A stretch of DNA of 64,000 nucleotides from Octopus sinensis. Its lineage: Eukaryota. Position 1 is the stretch's first letter; each line of letters opens with the position of its first letter. Of the stretch, positions 25,311 through 37,644 are shown one piece after another. The notes under the pieces are model-generated. The model saw nothing but the letters and a program-made list of their open reading frames with translations. It made no database searches and was not told where the DNA came from. Location of the stretch: positions 47,802,001 to 47,866,000 of the forward strand of contig NC_043009.1 of assembly GCF_006345805.1 (NCBI RefSeq), in the 5' to 3' direction. Made by a program: the position numbers and the translations under genes.

Positions 25311-25719
25311 AGCTTATATAGCAGAAAGAATTATTATTTTTATTACTGATGAGAGCAGCACATGACATCATTGGGGTACAGATATATGAAGCCCAATATA
25401 ACCATCATGACTACCTGTCTGATAACTGATGAGAGAATCTATCACTATTGTTATTAAGAAGAAGAAGATGATGATGATAAGAAGGAGGAGGAGGAAAAGG
25501 AGGATGGGGAGGAATGATAGCTCCAACAGTTTCCTTGAACCAAATTCTACTCACAAGGTACTGGTCAACTAAAGGTTATACTTTTTTTATCTCTCAATCA
25601 AGACAAAAGGCAAATTCCTCATGATCATTTTGAGATTATTTAAGACTAATGAAGAATACAAGGATGTTATCCTCAAACCAGAGACATGGAACTAAAAGAC
25701 TTGCAAAAGTGTACATTAG

Positions 25720-26140
25720 GCACAGATGTGGCTGTGTGATAAGTAGTTTGCATACCAACCACATGGTTCCAGGTTCAGTCCCCCTGCATGGCCCCTTGGG
25801 CAAGTGTCTTCTACTATAGCCTCAGGCCGACCAAAGCCTTGTGAGTGGATTTGGTAAATGGAAACTGAAAGAAGACTGTCATGTGTGTGTGTGTGTGTGT
25901 GTGTGTGTGAGTGAGTGAGTGTGTGTGTGTTTGTGTGTCTGTGTTTGTCCCCACCACTATCGCTTGACAACCGATGTTGGTGTGTGTATATCCCCGTAAC
26001 TTAGCAGTTCGGCAAAAGAGACTGATAGAATATGTACTAGGCTTTCAAAGAATAAGTCCTGGGATCGATTTGTTCGACTAAAGGCAGTGCCCACGCATAG
26101 CCGCAACTCAAATGACAGAAACAAATAAAAGAATAAAAGA
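25720..26140 (+). mobile_element. SINE A
   Basis: family A body. Confidence 0.9.
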
Positions 26141-26369
26141 ATTTTAAAAATTGCTAAAAGTACAAAAAGCCATGGTGGTGAAATTAAACTGTGTTTAGTC
26201 TAGGAAAATCCAGATTCTGATCTGTAAGTTGCTAAACTGTTCATCAATTATTCATTTGATATAAGGCACTCTACATATTAGATATTGCCTATTGCCAATT
26301 ACAAAGATTTCAACAATGAAACAAATACAAGGAAAATAATAGCAATAATAATATAGATGAAAAGATCTC

Positions 26370-26770
26370 TAGGCACAAGTGTGGCTGTGTGGTAAGAAAC
26401 TTGCTTCTCAACCACATGATTCTGGGTTAGTACCTTGAGCAAGTGACTTCTACAAGCCTTGGGCCAACCAAAGCTTTGTTAGTGGATTTGGTAGACAGAA
26501 ACTGAAAGAAGGCCATTGTGTATGTGTATGTGTGTATCCATGTCTGTGTGTCTTTCCGTCTCTGTTTGTCCCCCACACCACCACCACCACCACTTGACAA
26601 CTGCTGTTGGTGTGTTTGCATCCCCATAACTTCAGTAAAAAGAGACCAATAGACTAAGTACCAGGCTCAGAAAATCAATTATTGGGTTCAAATCATTTGA
26701 CTAAAAATTCAAGGTGGTGCTCCAGCATGGCCACAGCGTTAATGCCTGTAACAAATAAAAAATAAAAGAT
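26370..26770 (+). mobile_element. SINE A
   Basis: family A body, more diverged. Confidence 0.8.
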
Positions 26771-27603
26771 AAAAAAGATACTCTTAAAGACTAATTTAAG
26801 CCATTCTAGCTGAAACCATCCCAATTTTTTTCTAGAGTATATTATCAAATATGCCCTTTTTAAAGACAGTAGGTATGTTTGAGGGAGTTTTTTTGTGGCT
26901 GTTTCTAGCAAGAAGAAAGAATAACCATGGAAACGTTCTCTGATTGATTCAAATATTCAGGGTTTTTAAATTGTGGGAACAAATCAGATGTGATAGCATT
27001 TCAAGTAGAAGAAAATTCTGACATTGTTAACAGAAACATTTATTTATTTATTTGTGTGTACAACAACTAAAAAGATTTTGAAATAATTAAAAAAATTTTT
27101 TTTTTGGAAACCGAAACATTCCTTCTAATTTTTATTTATCTTAAGGCAGTTCCTTTTAATAGTTTTGAATTGAAGAAAAGAATGATATTTTTTCCCAACA
27201 CATCCTTATTAATTTACATTTAGTTGAAATGTATGCTTACGTATGTAAGTAACATAATTGAATATCATATAAGAAATGGCATGAAGGCTGATGCATTAAA
27301 TTGCTGTGCTGTGAGGTAGAGATCCAATTTCTTGAGATGTAACTAATTTTATTTTCTTTAGCTATTGTTGCTTGCTTTTGTTTAACTCCAGGTTATTCTT
27401 GATCAAGCAGATCTATGATCAAAGGTTTTCCAACTATGAACATCCTGTCTTTTTTTTTCTTTCTCTAGTTGCAGTGACAGAATAAGTAGGTGTCTAAGAG
27501 TAAATTCTCTAATGCAAATCCTTCGCACTTTCAAAGTGGAGGAATGTGGCTCAGGTTGCTATTTCTAGCAAGTTGAGTGATCGTATTAGAGGCTCACAAC
27601 TTG

Positions 27604-28215
27604 GCGACCCCACTTGCCAAGCCTTCAACCGACTTAACATACGACTCTTGTCAAGATTTGAGATCCGATGCACCACCAAAGTACGGATCTACCAAGCACT
27701 GGTGCGAACGATTCTCCTTTACGGAAGCGAGTCATGGCCGATGAGAGTGGAAGATATTAAGCGACTAGAATCCTTCGATCACCTCTGTCTACGCCACATC
27801 TTTCGTGTCCGATGACATCAATTTGTCTTCAATAATTTGGTGTGATACCAGTGCAAAATCACCTCCCTCCAACAGTCATCCAAACGAGATGTCTGCATTG
27901 GCTGGGTCATGCCCTCCGTCATCAACAAGGAGAATTCATCTACGAAGCAATTGCCCCAGCTCCCCTTAAGGGTTGACGAGAGTAATGTGGTGGACAATGA
28001 AAAACCTGGTTGATGACCGTCAAGGCTGATCTGGAACCCAACCTAGGCCCCCATATCTACAGTGTTCGCCGCTGGAATAAGGAGTGGTTGGAGATCATGT
28101 GGTCGTTAGCCTCAAATCGCCAGGTCTGGTCAGCATTCGTGGGAGATGCAACATTGAGGATGAATGAAGCCAGCTCAACCCACCCCAGGTGAATGCTGTC
28201 TCAAGACAAGAAAGA
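27604..28215 (+). mobile_element. 5'-truncated RTE-clade LINE (RT C-terminus, disrupted)
   Basis: peptides TKVRIYQALVRTILLYGSESW, HWLGHALR and TWLMTVKADLEP; 16-bp TSD AGAGGCTCACAACTTG at 27588-27603 and 28216-28231. Confidence 0.92.
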
Positions 28216-28631
28216 AGAGGCTCACAACTTGAATGACAACATCATCAAACAAGAAATTATTAAACAGACTATAAACCTCAACCTGTGAGCACTTGTATAT
28301 GACTTCATTCCTGTAATGACTCGATCAGCAACATCACATCTCTACATTCTCAAAATATTACAGGAACCAGATGTATTTTGATAGTTTATGACCCCATTCT
28401 TTCAAGCTCACAAATATAGGGTATTTAAACAAAACATTGGTTATTTGTATTCTGCTGGAACCCCTATTTATAAATGGCCTCCCCACTGGCTGGTCACTCA
28501 ATGTTGTTAAGATAGAGCTGATTTATATCAGCTAGAAAGATTGAAGCATCCAGGGTAAATGCTTACAGACAAAAAATGATTGTGTATGAAAGAGAAAATT
28601 TCTGAACTTGAAATTCTAAATTTCCCATTAC

Positions 28632-28681
28632 CTACACAGATACCGTCTTGTTCTATAATTTTGATCACTGGAATGACTTAT
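28632..28681 (-). CDS. candidate internal exon (50 nt)
   Basis: TTTTACAG| acceptor and TAG|GTAATG donor; single open frame ISHSSDQNYRTRRYLC. Confidence 0.3.
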
Positions 28682-28805
28682 CTGTAAAACATCTAAGAAT
28701 AAATACTGAACTAAGTATTTACCACCTATCCAAGCAGTTCAAAATCTAAAATGCCAAAACTATATTTAGAAAATTTACTTGAGGGGAAAATTTAATTTTC
28801 TATAT

Positions 28806-29024
28806 TTCAACCCTTTTGACACCAAACTACCTGAGAACTTGACTGATTCTATTATAGAAACTTCCTAAAGTGATTTAAATTAAAAACTTTCCATCAAAAT
28901 TACATGTTAATTTAAGTTTCATGCACCAGCTTAATAATGACAAGGTTATTTTACTAAATTATTTGTCATTTTTAAAACTAATTGAAACAGAGACAATATA
29001 GAAATATGATAACAAAAGATTTAA
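28806..29024. mobile_element. piggyBac-type MITE family 1, degenerate
   Basis: CCCTTTT start and AACAAAAGAT|TTAA end; internal similarity to 9243-9464. Confidence 0.65.
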
Positions 29025-29150
29025 GTGCTACGCAAAATCAAAGTAATTATATTTGAGTGTTTTGTGTTATCATTTTTCTTAAACTTTTATCCATAGGAAA
29101 AGGGAAACTGTATTCAAGTTTGGCTATGATATACATGTCAGTGCGTATGG

Positions 29151-29187
<37 letters not shown>

Positions 29188-29981
29188 TATACAGTTCTGA
29201 AAACTGTAGTATATTCTGAGTTACATTAGTAGCAACGTGGACTTTTTCCCTTTTCTTTCTCTATTAGAGAATTTGAGTAAAATTATATTAATGTGTCCAA
29301 CTGATTAAAAATTCTATTTATTTATGCAGCTGAGGATAGCCCTGCATTTAAATTGATGTAATGATTGCATTGTCCAATTAAATGAAACCGCTGGAAATGG
29401 TCGTATTGCATCACCTCTTGATATCCTGTTGCTTATTTTGATATACATATGTATATATATTTATACTCTCTCTCACACACACACACACACACAAGTATAG
29501 GTATGTGTATATTCTTTTTATTAGTTTTTATCATTGGGCTGAGGCTATATTGAGTGATGACTTTCGACATTGAATTATATTGACCTTAATATTTGTTTAA
29601 CTGACTTAAGTTTTATGGAACATGACATGGACATGGGCAGGATATGAACTCAAAACATAAAGCAAAAGAACCAAATACCATCTGTTACATTTTCTGATGC
29701 TAAACCGAATCCGCTATTCACCCACTTGAATGATTTACCTAACCCCAGTTATTCACACCTGCTCTTCTATAATGACAGTAGCCATGTACCTCCTCAACAG
29801 TAAGAAACCTGTTCTTTTCTAGCCCCTTCTGCCATATTTTGTCCCTCATCTCCTAGCATAAGACCACCTCCCCCTCCTTTTTTAGAGTAGCTCCATTCTG
29901 TTAAAAATGATCTTAGTCTTGCAACTTGCATGGTGACCTCAATAGTGCCTGGATTTTATCGATTCCATTTCCTAATTATGG

Positions 29982-30023
<42 letters not shown>

Positions 30024-30189
30024 ATTACTCTCAACCAGAAATTTGTGGGATTTTTTATACTCCATTAAAATATGTTTCATGTAACACACACACAATCAAA
30101 GAACATATCAATATTTTTAATATCCATTTCAACAATCCAGTTTGACATGCAAAAGAAACAAGCTGATAAATGAACGAGAAATAAAACAA

Positions 30190-30221
<32 letters not shown>

Positions 30222-30274
30222 CCTCCTCCTCATCATCATCATTTAATGTTCAACTTATTTGGTGGCATTGGCTG

Positions 30275-30347
<73 letters not shown>

Positions 30348-30407
30348 CATCATCATCATCATCATCATTTAGCATCCGTTTTCCATGCTAGCATGGGTTG
30401 GACTATT

Positions 30408-30442
<35 letters not shown>

Positions 30443-30450
30443 AATAACCT

Positions 30451-31006
30451 ATGCCCTGATGCAGTACCAGACAGTGGTTCTCATGGCTTCTGATGTTAAA
30501 TAATTGGAAGTGTTATCATGTACATTGTTTTGTCTTGGTATAAAATATGGTCTACAGCAAATATTCTGCTTAATACCACTGATTTGCTTGTCAGTTATTT
30601 GACCTTAACCAGTTGAGCATGTCCCTTAGTGGCTGACAATATGTGCCTCTCTGATCATGAGCAGAAGTTGTGGGGCAGTATCACAGCCATGTGTTGAAAG
30701 GAATTCTTTGGGGTTTCGATAATCTACCTTTGGAAACATGGGTGTTTCGTTCAACATCCTTAAACAACCCTTATTCAGGAATCTTTTGAGTGGGCTGGGC
30801 TACTTGACCTGAAGAAAATTCTAACTGGGCCCCACCTGCAGGATCATGCACTGCTTATCTTGATATGATATCACCATATTGCACACCCATGGTTGTGATG
30901 CATGTGCCTGGTGTACCCTAATTAGATGGGTAGTCATGATGGGTATACTGGGCTTCATATATTTTACCTCAGTGTCACTTTGATGGCATGCACTGCTCTC
31001 TCACTC
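30451..31006 (+). mobile_element. 556-bp dispersed element flanked by (AAT)n
   Basis: second copy at 60163-60718 has the same ends and length; reverse fragment at ~25340-25425. Confidence 0.9.
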
Positions 31007-31078
<72 letters not shown>

Positions 31079-31130
31079 AAGAAGAAGAAGAAGAAGAAGA
31101 AGAAGAATGATAATGATAATGATGATGATG

Positions 31131-31583
31131 CATTGGAAGCTGTATGAAAACTGGGGGTAAGAGAGAGTCAAGATGTGGTATGAACACAAATCATACTCAT
31201 ACCTAGTGGCAAAGTCAGAGACCTGCTATATCTTGTGAAATTTCCCTATCCAAACTGACCAGGGGCTTGAACACAACAAGCCATAGCTTATAGTGGTGGA
31301 CAAGATGAATCACATGTGCTCTATAATTGATGCTGCATACCCATTTGATCCTTTAGAAGGAAGATGAAAATATAGATATACACAATCCTCTTAAATACGA
31401 TGTAGTTTGACACGAAAAATGAAGGTGAAGATAGTGTCAATTATTGCTGGGTCCTTGGAAACACTATCAGAAATCGTCAAGAGGAATTTAAAGGAAATGA
31501 GAATAGAGTACCCAGTAGAGCTGTTGTAAAAAGTTTGCCTCCATGGCTCAACCAGAACCATCAGGAAAATATTAGTTTGTTGA
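31131..31583 (+). mobile_element. R4/Dong-clade non-LTR retrotransposon remnant (C-terminal restriction-like endonuclease region)
   Basis: HWKL..WYEH..NFPIQTD..HNKP*LIVVDK..IIDAAYPFD..IAGSL..LHGSTRTIRKIL matches the R4/Dong RLE pattern; several stops and a frameshift. Confidence 0.85.
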
Positions 31584-31675
31584 AAAGAGGTGATACCATG
31601 ATACTGTAGGTTGCAGCTAGCAAGCCTGCTCTGTATGCAATATTCTAGTAGTTCCAACAAACTTGAGTTAAAAGA

Positions 31676-32025
31676 GGGTAAAGAGGGTAAAGATCCCCTT
31701 TAGTCATGAATGACCATGGGATTGTACCTGGGAAGTTACCCTCCGAGGTACAAGTCCGGGCAAGGTTGATTATGGAAGACCAGCAGTTGCCCATGCATAC
31801 TAGCCTCCCCTATCCATACCACCAATGTTATCCAAGGGAAAGGCAAAGGGGCCGATACAGCTTGGCACCAGTGATGTCGCAACTCATTTCTACAGCTGAG
31901 TGAACTGAAGCAATGTGAAATAAAGTGTCTTGCTCAAGAACACAACACACAGCCTGGTTGGGTATTGAACTCACTACTCCATGATAGTGAGCCCAGTGCT
32001 CTAACCACTGAGCCATGCACCTTCA
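31676..32025 (-). mobile_element. SINE family D, full length
   Basis: A box TGGCTCAGTGG, B box GAGTTCAATAC, (CTTTACC)-type tail; 13-bp TSD TTGAGTTAAAAGA at 31663-31675 and 32026-32038. Confidence 0.92.
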
Positions 32026-32364
32026 TTGAGTTAAAAGAATGATAACAACTGTCACTACAACTAAGAATACAAATTTATTGTCAAGTTAAGCGGCCTAAAA
32101 TTTATAAAAACTGCATAACGTAAACTTGTTATTCATGCATTGAACATCAATCCTCATAGTTGGTGAGATGGTGAAATGGCTTCAGCTTGTAATCAAAACT
32201 GCATGGCAAGCTGCAGTTCACTGAGAAAGACAACTCCAACTACATTAATAATGACTTGTGGATCATTCACAGTAATCTAAATTTCAGATGGAAAACCAAA
32301 ATAAAGTGTTCTAATTTTCTTTATTTTGTAAAGAGGCCTGAGCTGAACATGGAAAGCTGCACAA

Positions 32365-32580
32365 ATCATCATCATCATCATCATCATCGTTTAACGTCCG
32401 TTCTCCATGCTAGCATGGGCTGGACGGTTCGACCGGGGATCTGGGAAGCCAGAAGGCTGCACCAGGCTCCAGTCTTATCTGGCAATGTTTCAACAGCTGG
32501 ATGCCCTTCCTAACGCCAACCACTCCATGAGTGTAGTGGGTGCTTTTTACGTGCCACCTGCACAGGTGCCAGGCGAGGCT
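32365..32580 (-). mobile_element. SINE C 3' part
   Basis: (CAT)n followed by the family C body. Confidence 0.85.
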
Positions 32581-32894
32581 GAAGAACTGAAACTGCATAA
32601 TGGAAACTTTTCACTCATAATTTACCAATCTTCTGCCATCCTTTATTTTTTATCATGTTATTTTGTTTCAGTCATCTGACTGCGGCCATGCTGGGGCATC
32701 GCCTTGAAGAATTTTTAGTCGAATGAATTGACCCCAGTACTTATTTTTTTTAAAGCATAGTACTTACTGTATTGGTTACTTTTGCTGAACCACTAAGTTA
32801 CAGGGAGGTCAACAACAGTTATTAGGCATGGGAGTGGCTATGTGCAGGCATGGGAGTGGCTATGTGCAGGCATGAGAGTGGCTGTGTGCAGGCG

Positions 32895-33289
32895 TGAGAG
32901 TGGCTGTGTGGTAAGTAGCTTGCTTATGAACCACATGGTTCTGGGTTCAGTCCCACAGCATGGTACCTTAGGCAAGTGTCTTCTACTATAGCCTCGGGCC
33001 GACCAAAGCCTTGTGAGTGGATTCAGTAGACAGAAACTGAAAGAAGCCCATCATATATATGTGTGTATATATATATATATGTGTGTGTATATGTTTGTGT
33101 GTCCCCACCCCGACATCGCTTGACAACTGATGCTCATGCATTTACATCCCTGTAACTTAGCGGTTCAGCAAAAGAGACCGATATAATAAGTACAAGGCTT
33201 ACAAAGAATAAGTCCTTGGGTCGATTTGCTCAACTAAAAGCGGTGCTGCAGCATGGCCACAGTCAAATGACTGAAACAAGTAAAAGAGT

Positions 33290-33300
<11 letters not shown>
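32895..33300 (+). mobile_element. SINE A preceded by tandem copies of its 5' head
   Basis: family A body; 22-bp unit x4 at 32824-32910. Confidence 0.9.
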
Positions 33301-33323
<23 letters not shown>

Positions 33324-34439
33324 AAAATGGTGAAGCTAAAGAATATGTTAATTTTTAATTTATGGGTTCCCTTTCATATAGTGTGCAGTTTATTTCATTT
33401 GTGATGCCAAAGAAGTTGGACAAAATGCTTAGCAATGTTTCTTTCAACCCTTACATTCCGAGTTCAAATCCTGCTGAGATCAAGTTTGTCTTTCATCTTT
33501 TTGGGATCAATGAAATTAAAGTACTAGATTGAAGTAACTGATTAACCCTGCTTCAACTGAAAAAAAAACAAAAATGATTGCCTTGTGCCAAAATCTGAAA
33601 CAAATGAGTAAAATATAAAGGAGGAAAGATTGTTGCTTTATCACTAAGAAGTTTGCTGTAATTGTTTAACCTCAGGGGCACACTATGATGTTCAAATTGA
33701 AATCATGAGGTCCTGGTTTCAATTCCATTGCATGGTATCATGGGTAATTTCTATGGTGAATTGGTAAAGTTGTTGAAGCACTGTTTAACCCCAGGTTAGC
33801 TCTGACTGATTAGACTCGTGATCAAAGGCTTTTGAACTGTGATCATTCTGTCTTTATACACCATGGAATATATTGCTCAATGTGTTCTGTAAGGTTTAAT
33901 TTGAGAGAGGTTTGACTGCTAATTTTATAAAGTCAACTGAACCACATATAGATCCTTGTTGGTTAACTTATTTCTAACAGAACAAAACTAGGATCAAAGT
34001 TATTCCAACCATAACCAACCACACCTAATTATTTTATTTATTTATTCTCTGGTTATAAACTCTCAAACATCATTATCTAATGCACGCCCTATTTCTTTTC
34101 TCTCTTTTTTTTCTTTGAACTTGTAGGGAGTGATTTAAAGGAGATTTTACTGCTATTTTGCAGTAAATCACCACAAAGAAGTTCCCTTGTTGGGTAGAAA
34201 TATATTTTTTGGCTAATGGGTATTTAAAAAGCATAAAGGCAACTGTTATTGCAACAAAATGATAAATCTGGTCAAACAGTACAATTTTCTGTGAAAACAA
34301 CAAAAAACTTGAAGTGCAAACAAATAAATAAGAATTTTGATACATTTTTTCAAAGAATAACCTGAAAAGGTTATTAAGATTCGGTAGATTCTTCCTTACA
34401 AAGGCTTAGAAAAATAACCACTTTTTTTTTCTAAAAAGT

Positions 34440-34697
34440 AAAATACTACTTATGAAAAATATTTCTTCTAAATATCAGTACTCACCGTTAAGAGTAACAA
34501 ATAAAAATATTACAAAAAGCTTTCTTTTAACAATGCCGGCACAAGTCAATAATTTGGTGTGAATTAGTAGCTGATAATAGAAAACTTTGTCCTAGTTGTT
34601 ATGATAGAGAAATAGCAAGCGCAATCCCACAGCAGTTGAGGAGAACTGAATATAAAATAGAAACTTGCTTTTTAGTAAGACGAGAGAAGCTAAAATT
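34440..34697 (+). promoter_or_regulatory. possible promoter / 5' UTR
   Basis: repeat-free; Inr-like TCAGT at 34475 with TATGAAAA 26 bp upstream; precedes a candidate start exon. Confidence 0.25.
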
Positions 34698-34769
34698 ATG
34701 ACAAAAAAAAAATATTCACCAGAATTTTATTATTTTCTTTTTGTTATTTTTGCATGGATTAATCACAAG
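34698..34769 (+). CDS. candidate first coding exon, signal-peptide-like (MTKKKYSPEFYYFLFVIFAWINHK)
   Basis: ATG with A at -3, basic n-region plus hydrophobic stretch, ends exactly at a strong donor AAG|GTGAGT (phase 0). Confidence 0.4.
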
Positions 34770-34944
34770 GTGAGTGTGTTTGTATTCACAGTAAAGAAGT
34801 AGATTTATTTGACTGGTTTGAGCTAAGATATTTTTGTAATGTGACAGGTCTTGCCTATAGGTGGACAGGCTGGTAAACAAAAAAAATCTTAATTATAGTA
34901 CATGCTTTTCCGACTAAGGGAAAAATTAAATAAAAACCGGTATA

Positions 34945-35360
34945 GGTGCAGGTGTGGCTGTGTGATAAGAAATTTGCTTCCCAGCCTCATGGTCCTGGGT
35001 TCAGTCCTAATGCATAGCACCTTAGGTGAGTGTTTTCTACTATAGCCTTGTGTGCCAACCAAAGCTTGTGAATGAATTTGGCAGATGGAAACTGAAAGAA
35101 GACCATCATGTGTGTGTATGTGTGTGTGTGTGTGTAGGTATGTATGTCTTTGATGTTTGTTCCTTACCACTGCTTCACAAACAGTGTAGATGTATTTATG
35201 TCCCCACAACTTAGTGATTTAACAAAAAATGAGAACAATAAAATAAGTCCCAAGCTTTAAAAAGATAAGACCTGGGATCAATTTGTTCAACTAAAATTAT
35301 TTTCAAGGCAGTGCTCCAGCATGGCTGCAGGCTAATGACTGAAAGAAGTAAAAAATAAAA
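34945..35360 (+). mobile_element. SINE A
   Basis: family A body. Confidence 0.8.
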
Positions 35361-35444
35361 TACCAAAAATTTAAGAACTACAAGTAAAAGATGTTATCAA
35401 CTTAACATATAAAAAACATACAAAGGATAGGTTAATGTTAACAG

Positions 35445-36120
35445 GCATGGCTGTGTGGTAAGTAGCTTGCTTCCCAACCACATGGTTCTGGGTTCAGTCC
35501 CACTGTGTGGCACCTTGGGCAAGTGTTTTCTACTATAGCCTCAGACCAACCAAAGCCTTGTGAGTGGATTTGGAAGATAGAAGCTGAAAGAAGCCCTCTG
35601 TATATACAATAATCTCTCGACTATTGTGGGTGTTATGTTCCCAAACCCCCATAATAGGTGAAAATCTGCGAAGTATAAACAGTACTGTAGGTTATATTTT
35701 TTTATTATTATTATCATAATTTGTATATATTTATTTTATTATAAATGCAAAACAGCACCACAGAAGAATCAATGCCAGCTTAAATAATAAACCGCGATAG
35801 GTGAACCATGATATGGCGAGGGAATACTGCATATATATATATATATATGTGCTTGTGTGCATGTGTGTGTGTGTGTGCTTGCATGTGTGTGTGCATGTAT
35901 GTGTGTGTGTGCATGTGTGTGTATGAGTGTGTGTGTGTATGTATGTGTCTCTCTCTCTTTGTGTCTGTGTTTGTTTCTCCATCACTACTTGACAACTGGT
36001 TTTGGTGTGTTTACATTGCCCGTAACTTAGCAGTTCAGCAAAAGAGACCAATAGAATAAGTGCCAGGCTTAAAATTATATTTAAAAAAATATGAAGCAAG
36101 TTCCGAGGTCGGTTCGTTCA
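35445..36120 (+). mobile_element. SINE A carrying a nested MITE
   Basis: head 35445-35600; body resumes after 35830. Confidence 0.85.
35607..35829. mobile_element. pogo/Tigger-type MITE
   Basis: TA|CAATAATCTCTCG...CGAGGGAATACTG, resembling CAGTAxxCCCTCG terminal repeats, in a TA context. Confidence 0.7.
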
Positions 36121-36169
36121 AATTAATAATTTATACTGGCTAACAATGGCAGTAGACAGGGAACACATG

Positions 36170-36533
36170 CTATAACAATAACTCTGAGCACCTCTTCAAA
36201 CTCCACCCATCTAACACCCGTGGACATATTTACAAAGTAAGAAAACAGCACAGCTCCCATGACTTCAGGAAACATTTTTTCACGCTGAGAGTTGCTGAAG
36301 TGTGGAACAAACTGCCGGCATCGGTTGTTAGTTGTCGGAGCACTGCATCCTTCAAGACTTCCATGCTTCCTGAGATTCGCCAACACTACACTTGATCTTC
36401 TCCCCTCCATACACACACAAGCATGTTCACTTTCCGGACATTTCTACATTACTGCATGTACTTTATATGCACTTTCTGACAAGTTGTGGTGCACCTGAGC
36501 ACTGTATACAATAATTTCATTATTATTATTATT
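36170..36533 (+). mobile_element. 5'-truncated CR1-clade LINE 3' end, reading frame intact
   Basis: 36186-36395 encodes ..TRGHIYKVRK..RKHFFTLRVAEVWNKLPASVVSCRSTASFK..; 3' UTR and (ATT)n tail follow. Confidence 0.92.
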
Positions 36534-37644
36534 ATAAACAGCAAACAACATATTGTTTTGTAATAAGGCATTCCTTAAATTAAAATACTTAAGTTTAGAG
36601 TTCTCTTGAAATTTTACTTCAAGTAATTAACAGTAGGTAGGACAAATCTTCTCAGTGAAAACAACTGATGTTACAATATATGAAAGATTAAATATATATA
36701 TATATAATGTAAGAATGAATAAATTATTTTTTTTAAAAATGAGATGCTGTAACTAATGTCTTTGACAATAAACCACCAGAGATAGATTCCAAGTAAAGAG
36801 AGAAATTGTACTCAGTATTAAACTAGCTGAAAACTGAAAAATACTCTTCAATTTAATGATAACATTTTCCCATGACTGCCGTGGTTTAAGTTGTAAAAGC
36901 ATCAAAGACATTCTGGGAGGAATTTATGGATGATATAGTTAATGTTTATATTAAAGATGAAACTTTATAGTTTTAACTATCAAATACTGCTTCCTCTTCT
37001 AACAATTAAATCAATAATTTGTATGAAATATCTCATCATTAATATCAATTCTATCATTTCTTTTAATCTGTTTTAGCGATTAGTAAAACAACGGTGAAGT
37101 GGGTGTGTGGGAATAACATAGCTAGACATCTTTTATCTTCCTTCTAATAAAACCAAATACATCTAAATTGCTTTGCTTCAGTGTATCACCTTATGTATAA
37201 ACTATGATGAATAAGAAAAGAAAAGTTCAGTGTTTAGTGAATCAAACTTTAGACCTGTGAACAGAGAGAGAACAATGTAGTCACAAATATTCTCATTCAA
37301 CATAAACATAAAAAGTAGGAATAAAACTATATTTACCTAACTAAGTTTTCTTTCAATATATCAGATTTTTCCTCGGTTAAACTGTCTTCAAAATATATAC
37401 ATATTTTACTCTGCAATACATAAAGAAAATATAATGTAAATATATTATGTTGGAGGATAAATGAAAAGATATGGATTTAAGTTGTCACACTTCTGTTCAT
37501 TGAAAGAGACAGTTGGTGTTTATGTGTCTGGGTGGGGTATGTGAAAGTTATATAGAAATAATCAATAAATGAGAGAATGTCTATATAATACATATATACA
37601 AATAAATATTCAAAGAGGGAAATATATGTTTATATATTCTTTTC

